A stretch of DNA of 64,000 bases from Flaccisagitta enflata (lineage: Eukaryota). Location: positions 6,200,001 to 6,264,000 of the forward strand of contig OZ231126.1 of the NCBI GenBank assembly GCA_965153355.1, given 5' to 3'. Both the position numbers and the translations under genes were made by a program. This document shows, one piece after another, positions 1 through 11,937 of the stretch. Every line of letters begins with the position of its first letter. Positions within the stretch are counted from its first letter, which is position 1. The notes under the pieces were generated by a model that saw nothing but the letters and a program-made list of their open reading frames with translations, did not search any database and was not told the origin of the DNA.

Positions 1-87
1 AAGGGATTATGTATTACTTATATCGAACCCCCTCTCCCGCCAAATTGTTCTTGAAAACTCACCTACGTTCAAGGGAGATTCAAACGG

Positions 88-266
88 GAAAGAAAGAAAG
101 AACGAAAAAAAGAAAGACAGGAAGAACGAAAACAAGAAAGAACGAAAACAATAGAACAAAAAAAAAAGAAAGAACGAAAGAAAGAAAGAAGAAAAGAACA
201 AAAGAACAAAAGACAAAAAAGAACGAAAGAACGAAAGAAAGAAAGAAAGAAAAAAAGAAAGAAGAA

Positions 267-338
<72 letters not shown>

Positions 339-437
339 AATAAAGGCCAGATGTACAACAGTAGTCGGTTACGGTTAAGCAAGGGCTACAGCCTCAATCT
401 GTCTAATTGCCTGATTCATAAAACTAAAGAAAGAAAG

Positions 438-468
<31 letters not shown>

Positions 469-472
469 AGGA

Positions 473-508
<36 letters not shown>

Positions 509-607
509 GAGAAACGAGAATATGAGAGAAAGAAAAAAAAGAAAAAGAAAAAAAGAAAGCAAAAAAGAGAGAAAGAAAGAAAGAAAGATAGAAAAGAAAG
601 AAAGAAA
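88..607. repeat. (GAAA)n microsatellite tracts; others at 5049-5245 (GAAA), 15585-15665 (GAA), 26085-26330 (GACA), 26545-26775 (CA), 36820-36940 (CAT), 60405-60625 (GT)
   Basis: Direct reading. Confidence 0.97.
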
Positions 608-673
608 GGCCGGATACACAACAGTAGTTTCTTACTTTTGGGCAAGGGCTACAGCCACAATCTTTCTTATCAC

Positions 674-3600
674 CTGATTCATGAAACTGAGGACGTTGCT
701 AGTGAGTTGATGGACGGTTCCATCCTCAGGCAGATGTCGGTCGGGATCTCGTCTGATGCTGATGTTGAATTCTTCCAAGGCTCTGGCCCCCGTCGAGTTG
801 AGTTGAGACGACAGCGAAGTCAGCTGCTGCTGCGTCGACGGCTTACATCCTTCCAACGCCTTGAAGTAACAAGAGAGATATCACGTTGCTAACTAGTCAT
901 CCAAGGATCGCACATGGTCAGCGGTACCCGATGCCCTGCTTGGAGTGATTAAATGCAGAAGTGGAGTGAGAGCAGGGCAGCGGCCCCAAAGGGCTGATGT
1001 CCTGTAGGACACAGGGGGTGAATTTCCAGACATCCTGAGAAAGCATATTGGAGGCCTTTGGGGCTACTTTCCTTCTTATTCAATGAGAACATTGCATTTT
1101 TTTTCTATTTCATTGTCAATTTTCCATGTTATTCAATCTGAATTTTGCATTTATTTCAAAGTTTTGTCAATTCTCCATGTTACTGAATAGGAATTTCCCG
1201 TATTTTTAACTTCTTGTAAATTTTCATATTATTTAATGGGAATTTCATATTTTTTTTCATTTTTTATCAATTTTCCCTGTTATACAATAGGAATTTTGCA
1301 TTTCTTCAATTTTCCATGTTTTTCAATGGGAACATGAGGCTCAGAAGCTGTGCCGGGAGGGGGAGGACGGACAAATGGACATCTGGAAGTTTACCCCTGT
1401 GTCCTACAGGACATCGGGCCTTTGGGGCCGCTGCCCAAAAACTAGTCCTTCCGATCCATTCATTAACAACAACTGGAAAACATCGTAGACACAGTAAAGA
1501 TTACGCGCGCGCCCCACAGAAAATCACGCAAAGGAGTTTAACGAACAGGCAGACTGCAGAGTATTGGATGGACGCCTGAGTTGAAAGGGCGATATAAAGA
1601 CTAGTAAACAACAGACAGACATAATAAACAGACATGTGCGTTCACGGCGATCTTACCTTCTCGAAATCCGTTCGAAGACATCTGAGATGTCTGAGGACCG
1701 GCAGAAGCGCGAGCACCGAGGAATGATCGTGATTGGCCACGCTCTTTGAAGCACGTTCGGCGATGGATTTACCTGAGAAAGGGGTGGGTGGCAGGGCCGG
1801 GTGGGTCGGTAAAGAGTGGCAGGGTGGGTGGGTAAGTGGGCGAGAGTGGACGAGTGGGTGAGGGGGTGGCAAGATGGGTGGGTAAGTGGGTGAAGATGTG
1901 GTAGAGTGGGTGGGTAAGAGGGTGAAGATGTGGCACGGTGGGTGGGTAAGAGGGTGAAGAAGTGGCAGGGTGAGCGGGTAAGGGGGTGAAGATGTGGCAG
2001 GGTGGGCGGGTAAGGGGGGTGAAGTAGTGGCAGGGTGGGCAGGTAAGGGGGGTGAAGATGTGGCAGGGTGGGCGGGTAAGTGGGTGAAGTAGTAGCAGTT
2101 TGGGTAGGAAAGTGGGTGAGGGAGTGGCACAGTGGGTGGGTGAGTGGGAAGAGGTGGGAATGAAACGAAGGACGAGGATACGATGTAAACGAGACCTTAT
2201 GGAGCAGGAATTCCTAGCTAAGCACAATGTAAAGCAAGCAGTAGCGCGCGAGCGTTTTCTCCGGGGATTGTTCTCGGTACATTGCAGCGCCATCATCTTT
2301 TTTTCCTACCTTCATTGACGACTAAAGGCAGGGATTTAGAGACGAGTCGATCGAAAATCTCTTTTCTGTGTTGCGTTGGAATTATGCCCTCCATCAGCTT
2401 CCGCTCATTTTGGATGAGAATCAACAACGCGGTCAAAGTCTGGCAGGCAGGGGAATGGAAGAGAGAATAAAAGAGGGAAAGAACAAGGCCAAGTAGGCCA
2501 ATAAGGTGCGACGTGTGGATTGTCGAACGAATGCGTTACCCAACAGACCAACCAACCGACCGAACAACCAACCGACGGACACAGCCAGTTATAGAGGTGC
2601 TTTGTCGCGCCTAAAAAAAAGAACGAAAGATAGTAAGAAAGAAAGAAAGATAGGAAGAGAGAAAAAGAGACAGAATGAAAAAAATCTTAAGGGAAAGAAA
2701 TACTTGATGGAGAAATGATGAGAGAAAGCAAGAAAGAAAAGGAAAGAAAGAAAGAATGTAAGTTACAGAGAGTAACCATACATACCTGAATGTAAGGTTC
2801 GACTTCGATTTCCGTGAGCTCAACATCTGGATCAAACTCCTTTTTGATGCTTTGTTTATTCGCTCCTTTTAAAGACAACAAAGGTAAGGGATGAATCCGT
2901 CATCCAGTTCGCTTTTTAGTCGCGGACTAGCGACTCTATAAGTGGCTTTGTCCGTCCGTCCGTCCGTTGATCGGTCGGTTGGTCGGTCGGTTGGTCGGTT
3001 GGTCCGTCACGCTCGAGTAGAAAAGCGGGAAAACACGCATTTCCGCCCCTGCCCCCCCCCGTCCGCGACTGCTATTGGCCGTGTATCCGGCCTTGTTGAA
3101 GAATCACTTTACCTGACTAATCTGTCAGTCGCTCAGAAAATAGGCATTTTAGTCGCGCGCTACGCGACTCTACACCTCACCTTGGCCATCTAAGCGTCCG
3201 TCCGTCCGTCCGTCTGCCGGTCACAATTAAAGATTTTCGTACTTCTGTCATTCTGGAGAACTTTAGAATCAAATTTAAAGATCTGTGCGGTTGTTTGATT
3301 GTTTGAAGTGTCCTTTTATCATCTTCCCATGTTTGTTTGAAAGGTCTACCGCAGGCGACGTCGTTCTAACTTCGGTCTATTACCTGGTTCCTTCTTGGAC
3401 ATGACGGCGTTTTTCAACGTGCCTCTCATTCCTTTTTTCGGCGTCGAATCTTGTCGCACTCCGAAGCTGAAAAACCGATACACGACGGAGAAAAAAAGAT
3501 TACATGTTTGATTCTAATTAAAACTAGAACCTGTCTATCGAGCAAGCATGTAGACCAGGTCCAGGGAAGCACGGCAGGAACTGCAACCCGGGTCTTAAAA

Positions 3601-5059
3601 TGGCAAAAAAAAAGGCAAAAAAATAAAACTGCAGAACTTCATCATGACATCTTCAAGGCGGAACCAAAATAATAGCTAAAACAAAAACACTTTCTATCTT
3701 TAAAGTTTTTTAAGTCTTTTTTTCGAAGAAATCCAAGCAACCCATCGCCATCGCAGCGCATTCGTGAAAAAAAAAGGACAACCATGGAAGAAAAAAAAAG
3801 TTAGGGAGAAAAAAAAACAAGGCACAAACAACGCAACAAAACGAAATGAAAATTGAAGCTGATGATGGAGGAAGCCGACCGAAAAATAAAAAATGGCGGA
3901 AAACCGGGCATTTCTTAAGATGTAATAATATAAACCAACAATGTTTGGTCCAACAATACTTACAATGAGCCAAAAGAGGCAAATGCGTTAAACGATCTTC
4001 GTCTATTATCATACAAATTTTTTTTCAGACAGTTTTTGGAACGAGAAAACATGGATTAAGGTTCTTATTCGTGAGTGTGATAGAAATTCAGGTACCCTCT
4101 CTAAATCAATAAGGCAGGTAATGCGCCAGATGACTTGGATAGCATCATACAAATCTGGCGGGGAACATTATGTCCACTTGTAAGGTAAACTGTCGCGTGA
4201 TTCTTTTCTTCGTCTTGCGTTTAATTAGATATGGATATGGATAAATGGATATATTCTGAGATAAATCTAGAATGACTGGATCAAAGCTGATATTTGTAAA
4301 GGACAAAATACTGACCGTGTTTGACAGGAAGTGGCGATGGTGGTGGATTTGAGATGACTTCTGAGTCCCTCCAAAGACTTGGTCATCGTCGTCAATCGGA
4401 CGCTTTCGTACGCAGTCGTAAAGTCAAGTGAATTATTACCCACCAACCTGAATTACAAACAAAGTACGGAAAAAATGAATGATTCTCCGCACGATTTTGT
4501 TTTACTTTCCGAATCCTCCGCCAGAGCGAATTTAATTTGAATAGCTTCGGGCCGTAATACATAAAACCCAGCCAACCCATAGCCCTGAAGCTAACCCTGT
4601 CCCAAACTATAACTCTAAAACTATCCCCAACCCTAACCCTAACCCCAACCCTAACCCTAATTTAAACAAGGCCAAGTAGGCCAATAAGGTGCGACGTGTC
4701 GATCGTCGAATGAATGCGTTACCCGACCAACCGACCAACCAACGGACACAGCTAGTTATAGAGGTGCTTCGTCGCACCTAAAAACCAAAGATCACAGATG
4801 ATCGTATAGTTGTACCCAAAGTTCAAACAGTCATCTTTGAAACATCCACATCAGACAGAGTCATTTCCCTTTTCAGACTGCCAACCAATTTGCAATGTTA
4901 TCGTATCTTAACCTTTTATTATCAAACTGGCAAAAATAGTGGCTTTTTATCAGAGGTGCCGATTTTGTGAAGCACGGTAGCAACGCTACGCGGCAGGTGA
5001 GCGCCGAAGTGCGGCAAATATGGCCGGCCTAAGATGCAGGAGGATACAAGAAAGAAAAA

Positions 5060-5123
<64 letters not shown>

Positions 5124-5127
5124 AAAA

Positions 5128-5215
<88 letters not shown>

Positions 5216-8200
5216 AGGAAAGAAAGAAGGAAAGAAAGAAAGAAGGATCCTCCAATGTGTAAATTTGATGAATTCCGCGCAGGTGATTCATTCGTTAGTG
5301 GATCTAATCCTCATTTGCATATTGCAGTTTTTTTTATTTCTTACGATACACAACATTCTTTATAAAGAAAAAAACGTTATTTCTTATCGTCGGATTATTA
5401 TTTATATTAACGACAGTAGCGCCCCATGACAACAAAAATAAGCAAGCATGATTGATTTAATTCTAGAATCTCTTCTCTTTCAACTATCATTGAGTTTTGT
5501 TTGAAAGGAAAAAAATTAAAAAAAATCACAACTGTACTGTGGCATGGCGTCTTGCAACGTTTTTAGATGCGTCATCGCATCTCTATAAGAGGGCATGTCC
5601 GTCCATTGGTTGGTCGGTCGGTCGGTTACACATCACAATCCACTATATCCATGCCATATCACATATAAATCACGAGCAAACCACACCATATCATTTTTAG
5701 ATGCGTCCTCGCATCTCTATAAGAGGGCATGTCCGTCCGTCAGTTGGTCGGTTACACATTCATCACAATCCACTATATCCATGCCATATCACATATAAAT
5801 CACAAGCAAACCACACCATATCATTTTTAGATGCGTCCTCGCATCTCTATAAGAGGGCATGTCCGTCCGTCGGTCGGTCGGTTGGTCGGTTACACATTCA
5901 TCATAATCCACTATATCCATGCCATATCACATATAAATCACAAGCAAACCACACCATATCATTTTTAGATGCGTCCTCGCATCTCTATAAGAGGGCATGT
6001 CCGTCCATTGGTCGGTAAGTCGGTCGGTTACACATTCATCATAATCCACTATATCCATGCCATATCACATATAAATCACAAGCAAACCACACCATATCAT
6101 TTTTAGATGCGTCCTCGCATCTCTATAAGAGGGCATGTCCGTCTATCGGTTGGTCAGTCGGTCGGTTACACATTCATCACAATCCACTATATCCATGCCA
6201 TATCACATATAAATCACAAGCAAACCACACCATATCATTTTTAGATGCGTCCTCGCATCTCTATAAGAGGGCATGTCCGTCAGTCGGTTGGTCGGTTACA
6301 CATTCATCACAATCCACTATATCCATGCCATATCACATATAAATCACAAGCAAACCACACCATATCATTATTAGATGCGTCCTCGCATCTCTATAAGAGG
6401 TCATGTCCGTCCGTCGGTTGGTCGGTCGGTTGGTCGGTTACACATTCATCACAATCCACTATATCCATGCCATATCACATATAAATCACAAGCAAACCAC
6501 ACCATATCATTTTTAGATGCGTCCTCGCATCTCTTGAGTAACCCCTTTACCATAATTCTACATATTTCAATTCCCATTTTGTATCAGTGCTAGCCCCCAT
6601 TCCACCCACCACCAGATTTCATTTCCTTATTTTATTAAATTTCATGAACCTAATCACATTGATCTAATGATTATCTTTCATGTCAGCTATGACTTTCAAA
6701 CCTGTTATTTTAAGATTATGGTGTACAATTTGTAGCCCTGTAAAAGCAAACATTTCTAGATCTTAACAAATTTTTTGTGGCATTTTCTATAGCAAGATTA
6801 TGTATATTAAAACATGTTTTTACTGCCTTATGCAAATGTCATTATATCAGATAGGTTCATAAATTGGATCAATAAAGTAGAGCAAGATGGCATAAAATCT
6901 ATATCAAAGAAGTCACTTTTAGCGAGATTTAAGTAGAACCATCCAGTAAAACCATATAAAGGAAGACCTCATAAAACAAGAAAGGTCACATGAAGCGTTA
7001 ACATGAGTAAAATCACATGCAGTGGCACCTCATACATTGAGACCCTAAATGTAAAACTATTATATAAGACAGTTCAAAGTATGACCATATAAAAAAAGAA
7101 CATATAAATAAAGAAGAGGACGCATCGTAGGCGTATTTGGCCTTGTTTGCAAATTGTCGCTGTAGCTTCATCGGTTACTTGTTACTATAACCGCTTCGTG
7201 AACAAGCGAATATCTCCCGCCATAATGGTACCGGCAGTCTTGCTTTTAAAAGGAAAAGCAGTTACTTTTATACCACTGAAAGTGCGGTAACCAATGCTGT
7301 AATTTTGATGCTACGCGGCAGCCTAGCAGATTCGGCACCTCTGCCTTTTATAATACAAGCATGCGCGTGATAACAAACAAGTGAGTGGCTTTTTTCATGG
7401 TCCATACTTTTCTAACGTTCCATTCCATGTCACATCGCATGTTACAACAAAACTCACCATTTCGAGATGGATTCCAGTTCGGCGTTGATTTTAGAGGGAT
7501 AATGAGCGCTGTTATTCCACTCTGAGCCTAGGACTTGATTGAAGTCCACGCCGCCGCCGCCGCCGCTGCCGTTGCTGTGATTGCTGCCGCTGCTGCCTGA
7601 GCTGAGGGCGTCGCCTTCGTCAAATCGCGCCGATAAATCGTCGTTGAGCCGATCTAAAGCGTCCACAATCACTTTGGCCGGAATCGGCCTACATAAAGAG
7701 TCACAATTGGAGAAAAGAAAGGAGAAATTCATCGATGAGCCTGCGAAACCGATCCATTTGGGAAAATTCAATGAATCGTTTTTTCTTATGCACCCCGCAA
7801 TAACAGACTCAAGAGTAATATAAACCCAGATATAACAAATAGAAAATTTTAGGTTTTTCAATCATTCTTCTATCAGCAATAACAAATTTGATTGATCAAT
7901 TGGCATCCGTTATGGCGGGGTTCAACTGTAAGCACATTAAATCATTGAATCTCGATCATTGTGGATCGGTGCGTAGATAAAAATAAATTTCTTTTAAAGT
8001 CGGATGGAAAGATGATCAGGGGACAAAAGTGAAAGATGGACAAAAGTGAAAGATGGACAAAAGTGAAAGATGGACAAAAGTGAAAGATGGACAAAAGTGA
8101 AAGATGGACAAAAGTGAAAGATGGACAAAAGTGAAAGATGGACAAAAGTGAAAGATGGACAAAAGTGAAAGATGGACAAAAGTGAAAGATGGAAAAAAGT

Positions 8201-9627
8201 GAAAGATGGATAAAAGTGAAAGATGGACAAAAGTGAAAGATGGACAAAAGTGAAAGATGGACAAAAGTGAAAGATGGACAAAAGTGAAAGATGGATAAAA
8301 GTGAAAGATGGATAAAAGTGAAAGATGGACAAAAGTGAAAGATGGACAAAAGTGAAAGATGGACAAAAGTGAAAGATAGATAAAAGTGAAAGATGGATAA
8401 AAGTGAAAGATGGATCTAAGGACAAACCTGCTGTGCCTGGAGAGAAGCGTCCTAAATTCGCTCTTTAATGCATCGCAACCATGGTCAAAAAGCTCTTGAA
8501 GATTCACCTGAAAGGTGGGAAGAGCGTTTTTCTCATCTCATAGATCGTTCCAGCACAAATCAGACCGTGATTAAGACTACTTCAAGAAAAGACATAAGCT
8601 TTACTAACATACATGCGATCTTTCTCAAATTGAAGTTCCCTTAAAAAACCACCGCACCTGTTCCACCGAGTCGGGGCAGTTGGTTTCAAAGTAGGCGATG
8701 GCGGCCTTGATCCTCTCCAGACTGTCCACGTAATTGTCGAGGCGTCCGCTGGGACCTTCGCGAATCAGCGTCTGCGTGTTACGAGCGACGTCGTAGTAAC
8801 TGATCACGTGCTCCAACACTTGCAACGTTTTCTCTACGTTCTCCTGCCTGTGTAACAGAAAAGAAGAGAGTGAGGATAGTAGAGAAAACAAAAGGAGGAA
8901 AGAAGGAAAAGAGAGGAGAAATAATTGGAAGAATGACGTTAATATGAAGATTTCTAAATTTTGGTTGTAAAGTAATGTTGTCCAACTCATGGAGCTGCAC
9001 CGCTTGCTGTAGTGGATCTGCATTTCAAAGCAACCGAATGACTGAACGACTGACTGAATGACGGAATGAAGAAAGAATCAATTGAGAAACCTGCGTTGTA
9101 AAGTGGCGGTTTCCGTGTAGACGGGGGTGATGGTGTTTTCCAACTTGGCGAGTCTGCCCTCGAATTTGGACAAAATGTCCTCCATTTGATGCGTCGTCGT
9201 CTCATGACGAACTAACAGATCCTTTTACACGACAAATGAACGCGTGTCATAAAACATATGTACAATTTTTATACATTTTCATGCCAAATCAACTTTCCCA
9301 ACAGCGCGCGCCTTTATAAGGCGGGGACACTCAAGAGTCAAGATGAGCGTTCGCATGCGGCAACTCAACATTCATTTACACATTCAAGAGTCGTAATCAA
9401 AGATCCCTAGTAGGTAAACTTCGGAAGGTCCTAGAAGAACCGAGGATCTCATTTGCATATTGCAGTGATCATACTTTATTTCATTTGAACAATTTCTTTA
9501 CCTTACAGTAATAAAAGCATCTAATGAAGGGGTAGTCAACCGCGAAATATACCTGCAAATGTGAGAGTTGCGTTTGTTCGCGGTACAGTTTCTTCTGAAT
9601 TTGACCTTTGAAATGGACATCTCCCAT
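674..9627 (-). CDS. EXOC7: Exocyst complex component 7 (Exo70), 5' portion; gene continues off the left edge
   Basis: Phase-compatible GT-AG exons 9553-9627, 9091-9221, 8658-8847, 8428-8507, 7458-7688, 4316-4447, 3384-3466, 2786-2865, 2310-2439, 1657-1772, 674-859. Peptides MEDILSKFEGRLAKLENTITPVY, QENVEKTLQVLEHVISYYDVA, LFDHGCDALKSEFRTLLSRHS and LPEDGTVHQLTSNVLSF match Exo70 (recognised from memory). Confidence 0.93.
891..1441 (-). mobile_element. HINE-like element family D carrying internal minisatellites (other copies 14022-14318, 14316-15080, 15150-16972, 17168-17868)
   Basis: Inverted GGGCAGCGGCCCC.AAGGG..GTCCTGTAG.ACACAGGGGG motifs flank tandem arrays, e.g. 21-bp GAGGCCTGAGAGGCTGGATTT at 14640-14970 and 17275-17545. 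Confidence 0.72.
1780..2160. repeat. G-rich degenerate minisatellite (about 33-bp unit, GGGTGGG blocks) just upstream of an Exo70 acceptor
   Basis: Units like GGTAAGGGGGTGAAGATGTGGCAGGGTGGGC. Confidence 0.85.
2913..3097 (+). mobile_element. HINE-like short element family C (other copies about 13866-13995, 16133-16283, 17893-18022, 23415-23722, 44205-44335)
   Basis: TTTTAGTCGCGG..CGACTCTATAAG-(GTCC)n-CCCCTGCCC..CCGCGACT..GGCCGTGTATCCGGCCTTGTT. Confidence 0.75.
5560..7146 (+). mobile_element. HINE/DINE-1-like element (family A) whose 130-140-bp head is tandemly amplified 7-8 times
   Basis: TTTTAGATGCGTCCTCGCATCTCTATAAGAGG + (GTCG/GTCC)n heads at about 5560, 5695, 5825, 5963, 6100, 6238, 6370, 6510; 3' end GACGCATC...GGCCTTGTT at 7118-7146; short reverse copy at 34957-35065. 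Confidence 0.75.
8021..8413. repeat. 17-bp minisatellite (GGACAAAAGTGAAAGAT) x about 23 in an Exo70 intron
   Basis: Direct reading of the tandem units. Confidence 0.95.
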
Positions 9628-11025
9628 CTTGGCGAAGTCGTCGAATATGCGTAAAAGCACGTTTTGTAAGAGAGTACTTCCGTTAATATGATGGCCGGCT
9701 ACGCGATTGCTGGACAATAAAACAGGCGCACGAGTCGGCCCGCTTGGTCTTGTTTTAAGGTCATTGATGAAGTTTTATCAGATTCGTCCACAATTTTACA
9801 GCTGCAGTTGACGCACAACAGTTCACATTAAATTTTCAATTCGTATATCTCATATTTGTCACATTTTCCACTAAAATGTAAGAAACGTAAGGCGAACGTT
9901 AAGAACTAAGCAAACAAACACACGAATTCATTTTGGCCGTTCCGTGTATTAGGTATGTATTAGGTATATAAATGCGGTGCAAACAGCAGAATAACACCGA
10001 GACAAAATCAACGATAGCGGAAAAAAAAATTGTGAATCATATGAGTTTCATTGTTAAGTCCAATGGTGGAGAGAAAGGAACAAAAGAAAAAAGAAAAATA
10101 GGGTTAAGTTTATGTTTGTGCGATACGTATCTTTTTTAAGTCTTTTTTTTTCGATAACTGACTATGCAACCAGTTTAGTCATAGTTTTGACAGTGACATA
10201 TATATTATTTTAGGGTGAAATGATAGAATAACATAGCTGACATGCGGCGCTGTTGTTTGTAGAAAGGTCGTTTTAGATACAAATTAAATCATGATCATGC
10301 AAGCTTCTGTTTTCCATTCCTTGTCGATTGCGTACTCCCTCCCTCCAACCCTAACTCGCCCCCTCCCCCCACCACAAGAAAAAAGTGATTAAATTTGCCT
10401 TTATCAATGAAGCAAATTAAACCACGATTGTTGAAGACAAAAAAGAAAAAGCAAAACAAGAAGAGGAAGAGATAAAACGGCAGACGTTAAGGCTGACGAT
10501 GACAACAATCTAAATAAAAACAACTAGATGAAAAAAAAATAACCTGTCGATCGATCAAGCGTCTCATTTTGGTAAAAAAAAATGGAAGACATTGGAAAAT
10601 GGAAATGAACAGAAACGTTGTAGAAAACGGTTAAGGCGTGCATTCGATTATCTTATTCGTGTAAGGAAGATAATTTTTCAATGATCATTTTGAAAATGTA
10701 AGGCACAGTTGAGACAATCGCAACGACAGAAAAAAAAATGTCAAAAAAGATAGTGAGCGGCACGGCTTTCGGTCAGAATCAACATTTGGCAGTATATATA
10801 CTTGTTGAACACTTTGAACGGATGCATCAGAATGTTCCAACAAAAAGAAAGGAGATATGTCATACGATGGTGGACAGAAAAAACAGTGAGCACTGTTCAA
10901 TGCATAGTCAAACCTCTGCAATCAACCAGAGACAGAGACGGTCCAACGTAAAAAAAAAGAACAATAAAACAGAAAGAAAAGAAACAAACGAGAGAGAAGC
11001 AAAGAGATTGTCAGTCCGATAGTTA

Positions 11026-11622
11026 CAGTACGATGGGAGCAATGGCGACCTAGACTGGAGGATAGAATTTAAATATCTTTATTTTATTTGTAACATATAA
11101 TATTTGAGAACAAAAGTAATCAAACGTTGCTCTATTGAGTGAATGCATTTGCGTCTCTTAAACTTCAACTTGTGACTTGACCTCATCAAGACTTCATTTT
11201 TCAAGGTTCTAACTTATTTTGTTAGATCAGGCAAAGAATTTTACATGGTTTAAGAAAATAAATCAGCTCCATCAGACCATTTATACAGGTTTTTCGGCTA
11301 TATTTAGTAAACAAAAGTTATGCAAATTAATTTTTGGGTAAAACTTAAAAGAGCCATAAAACCTGTAAAAATAGACCAATTGAGCTGAATTTTATAAAAT
11401 TATATAAAATTTTCCACCCGATCTATTGGGATAGGTTAGAACTTTGAAAAATGAAGTTTTGATGAGGTCAAGTCCCAATTTTAAGTTTAAAAGACAAAAA
11501 CATTTTCACTCAATAGAGCAATTTTTATTCAATATAAATTTCAAATATTTCACGATAAGAATAAAATCAAAATACTTAAAATCTATCCTCCAGTCTAGGT
11601 CATCATTGCTCCCATCGCACTG
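11026..11622. mobile_element. Palindromic MITE, TA TSD (Tc1/mariner-type)
   Basis: ta|CAGTACGATGGGAGCAATGGCGACCTAGACTGGAGGATAGA...TCTATCCTCCAGTCTAGGTCATCATTGCTCCCATCGCACTG|ta. Confidence 0.88.
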
Positions 11623-11937
11623 TATGTTATGAGACATCCACACCACGTCAAGCATCGGCTATTTAATTTTTCAAATACCCATCATCTCGACAACAAATTG
11701 CGTTTGAGCAAAAACCGCACACGACCCGGGAAAGAATTCTCGATGATGTACTGCCGTGACTTCTCATCAGTCGCAACCGTTGTTTGCAGTTGCAATTAAG
11801 TTGCTTAAAGTGAAGTCCGACTTTAAAGTCGCCATTCAAGTCGAACTATCAATATAGGGTCCCGGTCGCGTAGTACTGGTATATCACCCTTTCATGGTCT
11901 CATCATTTCACGTTAGTCCATAGTGGCGCATAGTCTG

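Noticed and set aside
7-677. Long KERK/FLSF ORFs (likewise 4986-5429, 7942-8425, 14684-15151, 17136-17829, 25636-26822, 60387-60751)
   Set aside because: Translations of micro- and minisatellites inside introns.
3113-3383. Possible Exo70 microexon (3113-3131) and alternative donor at 3350
   Set aside because: Neither preserves frame with the flanking exons; 3384 joins 2865 directly.
4590-4661. (CCCTAA)n telomere-like tract
   Set aside because: Only a few degenerate units within an intron; no evidence of a chromosome end or fusion.
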